Part shown: positions 1 through 8,456 of the stretch, piece after piece | Layout: every line of letters begins with the position of its first letter | Position numbering within the stretch: the stretch's first letter is position 1 | From: a virus | Taxonomy: Duplodnaviria; Caudoviricetes | Length of the DNA stretch: 33,207 nucleotides | Strand: one strand, 5' to 3' | Virus record (IMG/VR): IMGVR_UViG_3300012894_000037 | Coordinates: 1 to 33,207 of that record | Translations under genes and position numbers: made by a program | The notes under the pieces: model-generated | Told to the model about the DNA's origin: nothing | What the model saw: the letters and a program-made list of their open reading frames with translations, nothing else | The model's database searches: none

Positions 1-1
1 G

Positions 2-988
2 AGCCTTCGGCCCCAGAACACGCTGTCACGCTGGGCGTTCGACGGCGACGGCGGTATCCAGGGCATGTACCAGAGCACCGAGCGGGGCGAGGTCTTCATT
101 CCGATCCAGCGCGCCCTCCACTTCCGCACCACCGAGGCGGGCAACCACCCCGAAGGGCGCAGCATGCTGAAGAACGCCCGGCGGCCCTACTACTTCCAGA
201 AGCGCCTGGAAGAGTTCGAAGCCATCGGCGTCGAGCGCAACCTGACCGGCATTCCGATGGTCGAGGTGCCGATCGGCATGCTCAGTGCGGAGGCGACAGC
301 CGAAGAGAAGGCCTCACTGAATCTGATCGTCGAGCAGGCCAAGGCGCTCCGCCGGGATGAACAGGCGGTGGTGGTGGTGCCCAGCAGCACCTACATCGAA
401 ACCGTCTACGACCCGAAGACGGAGAGCCGCAAGCCGGTCGAGCTGAATACCGGGTACAAGTTCAGCCTACTCGGCGCGCCCGGAAGCACGCCCATCGACG
501 TGAACCCGATCATCACTCGGTACAAGCGCGACGTGGCCGTGACGATGCTGGCCAGCTTCTTGATGCTGGGCATCGACGGCAAGGGCAGCCTTGCCTTGTC
601 TACCGACCTCACCGATCTCTTCGAGCTGGCGGGCGCGGGCATTCTCGACGGAGTGGCGGCCACCTTCAACCGGTTCGCGGTGGCCGGCCTGATGCAGCTC
701 AACGGCGTGCCGCCGGAACTCTGGCCGACCCTCGAGCACGGTGGCCTGAGCGACGCGGCTCTGAAGGGCCTGATCGCCTCGCTGAATGGCCTGCTGACGA
801 GCGGCGGTATCACGCCCGACGAGAACCTGGAGACCGAGTTGCGCGAGAAGCTCGGCGTTCCCAAGAAGGCTGAGACCGCCAAGCCGGACCCCGCCGTGCA
901 GACCGGCTCCGGCAGCGGAGACGGCACGCAACAGGATGGCCAGCCGCCAGGGCAGCACCAGGCCCTGGCGTTCGACCACACGTTCTAG
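2..988 (+). CDS. Phage portal protein (DUF935/Mu gp29-like), 5'-truncated
   Basis: Frame is open from nt 2 (SLRPQNTLSRWAFD...); motifs GNHPEGRSML, EAIGVERNLTGIP, LETELREKLGVP; lies directly before the protease. Confidence 0.85.
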   Translation, partial: SLRPQNTLSRWAFDGDGGIQGMYQSTERGEVFIPIQRALHFRTTEAGNHPEGRSMLKNARRPYYFQKRLEEFEAIGVERNLTGIPMVEVPIGMLSAEATAEEKASLNLIVEQAKALRRDEQAVVVVPSSTYIETVYDPKTESRKPVELNTGYKFSLLGAPGSTPIDVNPIITRYKRDVAVTMLASFLMLGIDGKGSLALSTDLTDLFELAGAGILDGVAATFNRFAVAGLMQLNGVPPELWPTLEHGGLSDAALKGLIASLNGLLTSGGITPDENLETELREKLGVPKKAETAKPDPAVQTGSGSGDGTQQDGQPPGQHQALAFDHTF

Positions 989-997
989 GAGGTTCGT

Positions 998-2626
998 ATG
1001 ACACTCAACCGCAGCCCCACCCTGAAGCTCATCACCAATGCCTTCCTGACCGATGCCTGGGCATTGACACCCACGATGTTCGAGCGTGTCCACGAGATCA
1101 TCCTCGAACGCGGGCGAGGCGAACGCCCGGACCTCGCTGAACTCCAAGCGAGGATTGATGGTCAGACCTACGGCGCCGATCCGCAGGCCGAGACCCAGAA
1201 CGGCGACGTGCGCGTCGTCTCTCTCCATGGTGTGCTGATCAGCCGTGCCGGAATGATGGACATGATCAGCGGCGCCACCACGCCGCAGATGTTCGCCACG
1301 CTGGTCCGGGCCGCCGCAGATGACCCTGCGGTCAGCACGATCGTTCTGGATGTCGATTCGCCGGGCGGCACGGTCAGCGGGACGCAGCTCGCCGCTGAGG
1401 CTGTGAGCTACGCCCAGACAAAGAAACCGGTCATCGCCTGCATCAATGACATGGCGTGCTCCGCCGCTCTTTGGATCGCTTCTCAGGCGGGCGAGATCGT
1501 GATCCCAAGTAGCGGCACGATCGGCAGCATTGGCGTGATCGGGACGCACGTCGACCGCTCTAAAGCCCTCGCCCAGGCGGGCCTGAAACACACGGTCATC
1601 CGCAGCACGCCCGGCAAAGCCCTCGGGCAGCCCTCGGAGCCCATGACCGGCGCGGCCCTGGAGCAGACCCAGGCCCGCCTGGACGCCCTGCATGCCGAGT
1701 TCGTGCAGGCCGTTGCCACCGGACGGGGAGTACCGCTCAAGACCGCGCAAGCCTGGGGAACCGGGGACACGTGGCTGGGCGCGGAGGCCGTGAGGATCGG
1801 CCTCGCGGATCGCCTCGGCAGCATCAGCGAGGTACTGGCCGAACTGACCGCGCCCAGCGAAGACGCCCCAGATGACGCCAGCTTTACTTACGTCCCCGCA
1901 GCGGCGAAGGCTGAAACACAGCCGACCGCCACCGAACCGCCACCGGAAGCCGAGCCCATCGCACCAGACGCGGCCGCGTCTGAGGAGGAACTGACCATGA
2001 ACATCCAGACCATCACCGCGAAACTCCAGAAGGGCGAGACCCTGACCGCAGAGGAAAGCACTTTCCTCGCCACTCACCTGAGCGGCCTCGAGCAGCCGGG
2101 TGCTGCCGCTGCCGCGACCCAGGCTACCCCCGTGCCTGCTGCTCAGGCCCAGCCTGCCGCTGCGGCCCCCGACACCAGCGCTTGGCCGCCTGAGGCGCGC
2201 GCCGCCTTCGAGGGCCTGAGCGGCCGTGTGACGGCGGCCGAGGGCCGCGCCCAGAGCGCTGAGCAGGCCGCGGCCGCGGAGCGAGACATCCGCCTGACCG
2301 GGCACTTCGAAGCCAAGGCCCGCGACCTCGGCCAGCCGGTGGCCTTCGCGGCCACCCTCCGCGCGGCCCACGACAAGCTGACCAAAGACGAGTACGAGGC
2401 CTACGAGAACGCCCTGAAGGTCGGTGCTCAGGCCGCCTCCGGCCTGATGCACGAGCGCGGCAGCGCCACCGCCCAGGCAAGCGGCGACGTGTCGGGCGAG
2501 CTGACGACCCGCGCCAAGGCCCTGATGGCTGCGGATACCCGTCTGACCCTCGTCGACGCGCAGAAGCAGGTCATGGCCGCCGACTCCGCCTTCGCCCACC
2601 GCTACCACGCCGCCCTGCGCAACTGA
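998..2626 (+). CDS. S49 family prohead protease with C-terminal scaffold domain
   Basis: S49/SppA motifs IVLDVDSPGGTVSG, MACSAALWIASQ, GSIGV, AVRIGLADRLGS; AGGAGG overlapping the portal stop; Ala/Pro linker then helical C-terminal part. Confidence 0.92.
   Translation: MTLNRSPTLKLITNAFLTDAWALTPTMFERVHEIILERGRGERPDLAELQARIDGQTYGADPQAETQNGDVRVVSLHGVLISRAGMMDMISGATTPQMFATLVRAAADDPAVSTIVLDVDSPGGTVSGTQLAAEAVSYAQTKKPVIACINDMACSAALWIASQAGEIVIPSSGTIGSIGVIGTHVDRSKALAQAGLKHTVIRSTPGKALGQPSEPMTGAALEQTQARLDALHAEFVQAVATGRGVPLKTAQAWGTGDTWLGAEAVRIGLADRLGSISEVLAELTAPSEDAPDDASFTYVPAAAKAETQPTATEPPPEAEPIAPDAAASEEELTMNIQTITAKLQKGETLTAEESTFLATHLSGLEQPGAAAAATQATPVPAAQAQPAAAAPDTSAWPPEARAAFEGLSGRVTAAEGRAQSAEQAAAAERDIRLTGHFEAKARDLGQPVAFAATLRAAHDKLTKDEYEAYENALKVGAQAASGLMHERGSATAQASGDVSGELTTRAKALMAADTRLTLVDAQKQVMAADSAFAHRYHAALRN
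1997..2626 (+). CDS. Nested in-frame scaffolding protein (lambda Nu3-like), 209 aa
   Basis: GAGGAGG (1982-1988) 8 nt before in-frame ATG 1997, just after the linker; product is Ala-rich and helical. Confidence 0.7.
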   Translation: MNIQTITAKLQKGETLTAEESTFLATHLSGLEQPGAAAAATQATPVPAAQAQPAAAAPDTSAWPPEARAAFEGLSGRVTAAEGRAQSAEQAAAAERDIRLTGHFEAKARDLGQPVAFAATLRAAHDKLTKDEYEAYENALKVGAQAASGLMHERGSATAQASGDVSGELTTRAKALMAADTRLTLVDAQKQVMAADSAFAHRYHAALRN

Positions 2627-2698
2627 GCCCGACCGCCCGCCCCCCACCCGGCCCTCTCGCCACTCACCCGGCGCCTGCAAGACGCCCAAGGAGCATCC

Positions 2699-3079
2699 AT
2701 GTCCACCGTCAAGCCCCTCCAGAAAGATGTCGGCCCTGCCGCCGGCGACCTCACCGCCCATCAGTGGAAGGCCTGCAAGCGAACCACCAGCAACCAGGTG
2801 CCCAGCATCGATCTGGCCGACACCACCGAGTCTGTGGCCGGCACCATCGAGCTGCCCGGGCACGTGGCTGGCGCCTCGACCACCTATCACACCCTGGGCC
2901 GCAGCAAGGTCCATGTGGGCGCGGACGTGGTGAGCGGCGACTTCGGCAAGATCGGCGCCACGCCCGGCGTGGCCGTGAAGGCCGCTGTCGGTGAAGCGTA
3001 CTTCTGCAAGTTCGCCGAGGCGGGCCCCAGCGGCTCCATCGTCGCCTGCGAGCTGGTGGCCGGCCTGCGCCACGCCTGA
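2699..3079 (+). CDS. Putative head decoration/cement protein (DUF2190-like)
   Basis: 126 aa, Gly/Ala/Val-rich, AAGDL start motif, between scaffold and capsid; AAGGAG RBS. Confidence 0.65.
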   Translation: MSTVKPLQKDVGPAAGDLTAHQWKACKRTTSNQVPSIDLADTTESVAGTIELPGHVAGASTTYHTLGRSKVHVGADVVSGDFGKIGATPGVAVKAAVGEAYFCKFAEAGPSGSIVACELVAGLRHA

Positions 3080-3097
3080 AAACCTGCACAGACCAGA

Positions 3098-3127
3098 GCG
3101 GGCCGCCTGAACTGTCAGGCGGCCCGC
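3098..3127 (+). other. Perfect 13-bp intergenic stem-loop without U-tract
   Basis: GCGGGCCGCCTGA-ACTG-TCAGGCGGCCCGC. Confidence 0.75.
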
Positions 3128-3173
3128 GTCCAGTTCCCGTCCCTCCACCCTCTCCTCAAAGGACGTGCCCACC

Positions 3174-4262
3174 ATGACCGGATCCAGCGCACCTACTCCC
3201 AGCCAGTACAACAACACCAGCGGACCGCTTCCTGCCAGCCACAGCGGTGGCCGGGTCGATCCGTACCTCACCAACATCGCCATCGCCGACCTGCAGGCCG
3301 ACCAGGACTTCCTCGCGCCGAACACCTTCCCGATCCTCCCCGTCACCCAGCAGGGCGGCCGGTACAGCGTGTGGGACCGCGGCAGCCTGCTGCGGCCCGA
3401 GATGCGCCTCAAGCCCTACGGCGACCGGCCGGTGCAGGGCGCCTACAAGCAGCACAACGACTCCTTCTGGTGCGAGAACTACGCACTCGAGAAGGTGATC
3501 GACCCGGCCGACATCGCCAACTCGCTCGACCCGATGGCCCCCTTCGAGGGCGCGGTGAACTACCTGACGCTGAACGCCAAGCTCAGCATGGACAAGGACT
3601 GGGCCGAGAGCTTCTTCCGCACTGGTATCTGGGCTTTCGAGTACCACGGCACGAGCAGCAACCCCAGCAGCACGCCCGACACCGCCGACTTCCTGCAGTG
3701 GGACCAGGCGGGCGCGATGCCCGCCCAGTTCATCCGCAGTCGCGCGACGCGCATGAAGCTGATGACCGGCCGCAAGCCGAACGTCATGGTGATTGGCGAG
3801 AACGTCTACAACTACCTGGTCTTCTCTCCGGACTTCGTGGACCGCGTGAAGTACGTCCAGAAGGGCATTGTGGACATCGACCTGATGGCACAGTTCTTCG
3901 ACGTGGACCGGGTCATGGTGGCGGGCGGCGTGTTCAACAACGCCAAGGAAGGGCTGCCCGACGATTTCCAGTTCATCATTGACGCCAACTCGGTATGGCT
4001 TGGCTTCGTAGCCCCCCGGCCCAGCAAGGACATTCCCTCGGCCGGGTACATCTTCAACTGGCGTGGCCTCACCAACGCCATGAAGGGCCCCCGCGAGGAC
4101 GCCCAGAACACCAGCGGCCTGGCCGTCATCCGGCGCGGCTACGACGACCGCGCGCCGGCCGACTGGATCCAGATCCACACCGCCTACGACATGAAGGTCA
4201 CGGCCCCGGACCTGGGCATGTTCCTTACCAACGTGGTCGGGCAGAACCTCATCGCGCAGTAA
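3174..4262 (+). CDS. Major capsid protein (HK97 fold, gpE-like family)
   Basis: VDPYLTNIAI, FPILPV, TGRKPNVMVIG, PSAGYIFNW, MKVTAPDLGMFL motifs; ATG 3174 preferred over GTG 3165 from AAGGA spacing. Confidence 0.88.
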   Translation: MTGSSAPTPSQYNNTSGPLPASHSGGRVDPYLTNIAIADLQADQDFLAPNTFPILPVTQQGGRYSVWDRGSLLRPEMRLKPYGDRPVQGAYKQHNDSFWCENYALEKVIDPADIANSLDPMAPFEGAVNYLTLNAKLSMDKDWAESFFRTGIWAFEYHGTSSNPSSTPDTADFLQWDQAGAMPAQFIRSRATRMKLMTGRKPNVMVIGENVYNYLVFSPDFVDRVKYVQKGIVDIDLMAQFFDVDRVMVAGGVFNNAKEGLPDDFQFIIDANSVWLGFVAPRPSKDIPSAGYIFNWRGLTNAMKGPREDAQNTSGLAVIRRGYDDRAPADWIQIHTAYDMKVTAPDLGMFLTNVVGQNLIAQ

Positions 4263-4303
4263 CTGAGCGAGCGGGTGAGCCCGCTCGTCTCCATGGAGGC
4301 AGG

Positions 4304-5092
4304 ATGTCCGAGAAACAGTACGTGGCCCTGAAGCAGATCCTGCTCGGGGACAGAACCATTCGGCCCGGCGAGGACGTGCCGATCCTCCCGGGCCGTAGTT
4401 ACCACCAGATGCTCAGCCTCGGCCAGATCGCCGAGAAGCCCGAAGCAACCCCGGCCGCATTGCCCGACGGGGCCTACTCGGTGGTGTTGCTGATCGGCAG
4501 CCGGGTGATCTTCGTCGACCACGAGGGCCAGCCGACCGAGGTGACCTACCACGGCCTTCAGGAGCCGGACGAGGCAGCCCGAGGAACGCTGGAACTGGCA
4601 GTGGGGCAGCTCGCGGCGCTGGTGGCGTTCCCGGACGATCCGGAGCCCGCTCTGGTGACGCTGGGCAGCCTGACCTGGGGCGACGCGGCCGAACTGCTGG
4701 CGCTGCGACTCGAGGCGGCCGAGACCGCCCGAGCACACCTGGAAACGCAGCTCGCCACGGCCACCGAGGCCGGTCAGGCAAGCCAGGTCCAGATCGATCA
4801 GCTGACGACGCAACTCAGCGTGTCCGCCGAGACTGTCAAGGGGGCGGTCAGCCTGCAGGCGCAGGTGGACTGGCTCACCCTGCTGCTGGGCGCTGTGCAG
4901 GCCCAGGGCGAACCGCTCGCCGAGGATGCTCCGGGGTTCAAGGAACTGGGGGCGGTCGGCGTGCACACCCGTGAGGGCGTGCTGCTGCTGGCGGCCGAAC
5001 CGGCGAACCTGATCAAGGTCAAGGGGATCGGGCAGGCAACGGCCGACAAGCTGCTCACCTGGCTGAATCCACCTGAGCCGGCTGGAGGCTGA
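4304..5092 (+). CDS. Protein with coiled coil and C-terminal helix-hairpin-helix motif (possible packaging accessory)
   Basis: GGAGG RBS before ATG 4304; C-terminal LIKVKGIGQATADKLL HhH; the track's 3995 start overlaps the capsid gene. Confidence 0.7.
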   Translation: MSEKQYVALKQILLGDRTIRPGEDVPILPGRSYHQMLSLGQIAEKPEATPAALPDGAYSVVLLIGSRVIFVDHEGQPTEVTYHGLQEPDEAARGTLELAVGQLAALVAFPDDPEPALVTLGSLTWGDAAELLALRLEAAETARAHLETQLATATEAGQASQVQIDQLTTQLSVSAETVKGAVSLQAQVDWLTLLLGAVQAQGEPLAEDAPGFKELGAVGVHTREGVLLLAAEPANLIKVKGIGQATADKLLTWLNPPEPAGG

Positions 5093-5093
5093 C

Positions 5094-5564
5094 GTGACCG
5101 CGCCTACTGCGGTCACGGCGGAGCAGAAGCGTGACCTGCGCCAGCTGGCCGGGGCTGGCGCCTATGACCTGTGGCTCAGCCTCTACAAGGATGCGAGCAC
5201 CAGCGAACCCCAGGCGCTTGCCGCTCTGATCAGGCGCAACGCGGGCGATGTCCGACTCGCGGCGGCCGACATGCTCGACGGGGTGATCGATGGGGCCGAG
5301 ACGATCAAGAAGCTCAAGATCGAGGGCGAGCTCGACGTCGAGTTCAACCCGGTGAGTTACGCCACCAAATCGGCCAACCTCCGCAGTCAGGTCGCTCTGA
5401 GCGCCGGTCAGGCCAGGCGCTTCGGACCGCCACTCGCCGGCATGGCTATCGGGCGCAGTGATGTGCCGCAGGCCTTCCGCCTCTCGGACAGCCAGCTGCC
5501 CAGTGACCTGGACCGGCTGGGCACCGTGGCGGGCGGCGAGAAGATCGACCGGGAGACGCCGTGA
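5094..5564 (+). CDS. Putative head-tail adaptor
   Basis: GTG start after GGAGG; GDVRLAAADML and KKLKIEGELDVEF resemble adaptor proteins; synteny. Confidence 0.55.
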   Translation: MTAPTAVTAEQKRDLRQLAGAGAYDLWLSLYKDASTSEPQALAALIRRNAGDVRLAAADMLDGVIDGAETIKKLKIEGELDVEFNPVSYATKSANLRSQVALSAGQARRFGPPLAGMAIGRSDVPQAFRLSDSQLPSDLDRLGTVAGGEKIDRETP

Positions 5565-5923
5565 GTCTGCTCGGCAAGATCCAGGCGGCCGTCGGAAAGG
5601 TCCAGAGCAACCAGGACCTGAACGAGGTGCGCTTCCAGCGCACCCTGGTCTTCGAGTACTCAGGGCACACCTACACGGTGCGGTGCTCGATCACCGACCC
5701 GAATAAGGTGGACAACAGCGTGAACCGCGCCACCCTGATGGACGTCGAGGTAGACGTCCGCCGGGACACTCGGCTCCTGCGGGTGCATCCGGAAGATCTG
5801 GAGGAGCGGCCGCCTGTGGGCGCTGAGGTGGCCTGGGACGGTCGCACCCTGCGGGTGGTCAGCTGGTCTCAGGCCAGCGAGTACACCGGCCAGACCCTCG
5901 GCACCTGTCTGCTGGAGGGCTGA
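5561..5923 (+). CDS. Putative head-closure/head-tail joining protein
   Basis: GTGA overlap; beta-rich 120 aa with PPVGAEVAWDGRTLRVV; synteny. Confidence 0.55.
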   Translation: MSLLGKIQAAVGKVQSNQDLNEVRFQRTLVFEYSGHTYTVRCSITDPNKVDNSVNRATLMDVEVDVRRDTRLLRVHPEDLEERPPVGAEVAWDGRTLRVVSWSQASEYTGQTLGTCLLEG

Positions 5924-6366
5924 TGGCCGCCGACCCGCTTGCCCACGTGGTGCAGCGGTTGGAGGAAGCGAGCTTGAAGGTCCTCGGCCCCGAACAGCTG
6001 GACGAACCCGCCGAGTACGTGCCGACCGCCGCTGGCACCAAGCCGAAAGCGGGGGGAGGGTCAGTGCCAACCGGCCTGCACGCCTACCTGACCGACAAGG
6101 GCAGCTATCTCCAGGTATACGAGCTCGCTCCCACCTTCACGGCCTCCGGTGTCTATGACACCTACTTGCTGACGGTGGATGCCCTGGCCATCGGACGCGA
6201 GCCCGCCCGCACCTTGGCCGCTCAGGCCAGAACCCTGCTCTCCCGCACGCCACGTAAGGGTGGCTACATCACGACCTTCCAGCCGGAACGGATCGAGCCC
6301 CTCACCCGCGACGTCTACCGCGTCACGGTGCAATACGAGGTGCGCCAGGTGCGCACCCAGGAGTAA
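5923..6366 (+). CDS. Putative tail terminator/completion protein
   Basis: 147 aa immediately before the tail tube; LTVDALA...YRVTVQYEV pattern; TGATG overlap. Confidence 0.5.
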   Translation: MAADPLAHVVQRLEEASLKVLGPEQLDEPAEYVPTAAGTKPKAGGGSVPTGLHAYLTDKGSYLQVYELAPTFTASGVYDTYLLTVDALAIGREPARTLAAQARTLLSRTPRKGGYITTFQPERIEPLTRDVYRVTVQYEVRQVRTQE

Positions 6367-6368
6367 CC

Positions 6369-7196
6369 ATGCCCCTAGAGCCCGTCAACACCAACGTGAC
6401 CGACGCCGGAAATATCCAGACCCTCGGCCGCCGTGGCTACTTCTACAAGCAGGGCATCGGCTGGATCGACCTCGGCCTACTGGAGAGCGTCGCCATCGCC
6501 CGAGCCAACACCCGCAAGACGTTCAAGAACAACCGGATCGGCAAGACCCAGACGTTCAAGGACATCCCCGACGATGACACCCAGACCTTCACCATCCAGA
6601 CCGGCTCGACCGGTGACAGCGCTGTACGTGGCCTGTTCACCGGTGGAACGGCCATCGCCACAGGTGGCACGGTTCCGGCAGCCTTTGCCGCCACGACCGA
6701 CCTGGATCTGGGCGACTACGTCTCGGCCAGCGGCCGATACTACGAGGTGACGACCGCCGGCAAGACGGGCGCGGCTGCCCCGGTCTGGCCCAATGTTGCC
6801 GGTCAGACCGTCGCCAGCGGCACCGTGACGTTCACCGATCGGGGCACTGCGGCCCCTGCTGCTAGCCAGACGCTCGCCTACGCCGACACGGCTGCGGTGA
6901 CATACGGCGGGTTCATCCTGGTGCGCGAGACCAACGAGGCTGGCGGCTCGAACATCATCCGCGGGTACCCGACCGTGCAGATCGCCGGCAACGGGGAGCC
7001 GGACATCCAGGGTTTCGACGGCCTGGAGTTCCTGCTGACGGTGCTGGGTGCCAAAGAGTTCACTCCTCCGGCCGCATACGGGAACTTCGGAACCGTCAAA
7101 CCGGATGGTGTGGTTTACCAAGTCTCGAAGGCCAACAGCAAAGCGCTTGAAGACGCCCTGGCAGACGCCATCAAGACGGCGGTCGACGCTTCCTGA
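6369..7196 (+). CDS. Major tail (tube) protein with inserted small beta module
   Basis: Thr/Gly-rich 275 aa, WIDLG motif, precedes the chaperone pair; GGAG RBS. Confidence 0.7.
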   Translation: MPLEPVNTNVTDAGNIQTLGRRGYFYKQGIGWIDLGLLESVAIARANTRKTFKNNRIGKTQTFKDIPDDDTQTFTIQTGSTGDSAVRGLFTGGTAIATGGTVPAAFAATTDLDLGDYVSASGRYYEVTTAGKTGAAAPVWPNVAGQTVASGTVTFTDRGTAAPAASQTLAYADTAAVTYGGFILVRETNEAGGSNIIRGYPTVQIAGNGEPDIQGFDGLEFLLTVLGAKEFTPPAAYGNFGTVKPDGVVYQVSKANSKALEDALADAIKTAVDAS

Positions 7197-7206
7197 AGCT
7201 CACTCC

Positions 7207-7230
7207 GGCCCGCGCTGGGACAGGCGGGCC
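7207..7230 (+). other. Stem-loop after tail tube gene
   Basis: GGCCCGC...GCGGGCC inverted repeat; no U-tract. Confidence 0.5.
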
Positions 7231-7252
7231 ACCCCCAAAACGAGAATCCACA

Positions 7253-7615
7253 ATGTCAGAACACGCCCAGACCGTCCCCCTTTCGAATGGCGTGACCATC
7301 ACAGTGGTCGCCTGGTCGCTGGACCAGATCGCCGCCAACAGCGCTGACTTCCTGAACCTGCTGCGGGCCTTCACCGCGAGCCTGACCACCGACCAGCCGC
7401 TGAGCCAGGAGTTCGCGGCCTTGGTGGTCCGGACCGTCCGGCTGAGCCTGCAACGGCCAGAGGACGCCGCGCACGTTACCGCGCGGGACTTGCCGGAGCT
7501 GATGCAGGCCGTGTGGGACGTGAACGGTCTGGGTGATTTGGTAAAAAAACTGTTGTCCCTGCAGCTCCAGGTCAGGACGGGGTTGCAGGAGGCGCTGGGC
7601 CAGTCCTCGACCTGA
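7253..7615 (+). CDS. Tail assembly chaperone (lambda gpG analogue)
   Basis: 120 aa after the tail tube; contains slippery GTA AAA AAA CTG near its 3' end. Confidence 0.75.
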   Translation: MSEHAQTVPLSNGVTITVVAWSLDQIAANSADFLNLLRAFTASLTTDQPLSQEFAALVVRTVRLSLQRPEDAAHVTARDLPELMQAVWDVNGLGDLVKKLLSLQLQVRTGLQEALGQSST

Positions 7616-7956
7616 TCGACCAGGCCCTGGAAGTGCTCAGCTGGGAAGAGATTCGGCAGACACCGGAACCGATCCTGAGGCGCCGCTTGGCCGCCCTGGA
7701 ACGAGCTCGGGCCAGAACCCGGGCAGATGCCCTCGAAGACGCAGCGATGTCGGCCGAGATCAACTGGGGACAGGAAATCATCGGGCAGGTGCCCAGATCG
7801 AACCTGCCCTACAAGGTCGTCGATCGGCCGTTCAACCTACACATCCACAAACTGCGCCGGTCTGGCGCTGGCCTGCCGCTCGAAGAATTGCCGGATGAGC
7901 GGGCGGAGCGGATCCAGGCTGAAAACGAACGCCTCGACGCCCTGTTAATGAACTGA
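7253..7956 (+). CDS. Tail assembly chaperone long form (gpGT analogue, ~234 aa) via -1 frameshift
   Basis: The -1 frame from the A7 run is open and continuous with ORF 7633..7956, which lacks a clear RBS. Confidence 0.72.
7543..7549 (+). promoter_or_regulatory. Programmed -1 ribosomal frameshift slippery heptamer A AAA AAA
   Basis: X XXY YYZ in the correct phase; an A7 run is very rare in this GC-rich sequence. Confidence 0.78.
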
Positions 7957-7964
7957 GGTGATGT

Positions 7965-8447
7965 ATGGCAGCACCCGCATTTCTGGACGGCTCGAAGACT
8001 CAGAAGGCCTTCGGCAAGCGACGGCAGGCTATTGAATCCCAACTCCAAGCGCTGGCCGAGTCCGCCGCGATTGCAGGCGAGCAGCACGCCCAGCGGGGCC
8101 TCCAGGCGAACGTGTACGGCACGGCGCCCGGCGCCTACCGCCGCACCCACCGCCTCAAATACAGCACCTACAAGGACGGCACTTATGCTGCTGGGCTTCT
8201 GCGCGTGGTTCTCGGCGACACCGCGCCTTACGCCGACAAGATCGAGTACGGGACCGGCCCGCACGAACTCAGCCCGGCTCAACTCCAGCAGTACCTAGAG
8301 ACGCTCCCGAAAGGTGGGCTGCTGAAGTTCGGCCGCTCAGGCAAAGCATATTTGTACCCCGGTCCATACATCGGACCGGGGCTGATTTTCGCGCGCTACA
8401 AAGTGCGGGAGCAAATGGCACTTCTCGTTCAGAAGACATTTGCATGA
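7965..8447 (+). CDS. HK97 gp10-like putative tail component
   Basis: RTHRLKYS, TAPYADKIEYGTG, PYIGPG motifs; GAGGTG RBS. Confidence 0.65.
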   Translation: MAAPAFLDGSKTQKAFGKRRQAIESQLQALAESAAIAGEQHAQRGLQANVYGTAPGAYRRTHRLKYSTYKDGTYAAGLLRVVLGDTAPYADKIEYGTGPHELSPAQLQQYLETLPKGGLLKFGRSGKAYLYPGPYIGPGLIFARYKVREQMALLVQKTFA

Positions 8448-8456
8448 GCAGGTGAT

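Noticed and set aside
467-3412. 981-aa minus-strand ORF, and similar long ones at 15571..18405, 13575..14927 and 28220..29686
   Set aside because: Antisense shadows of GC3-rich + strand genes; low-complexity translation and no motifs
3995-4303. Open -1 frame overlapping the capsid end, suggesting a capsid-extension frameshift
   Set aside because: No in-phase slippery heptamer near the capsid stop, and ATG 4304 has its own GGAGG
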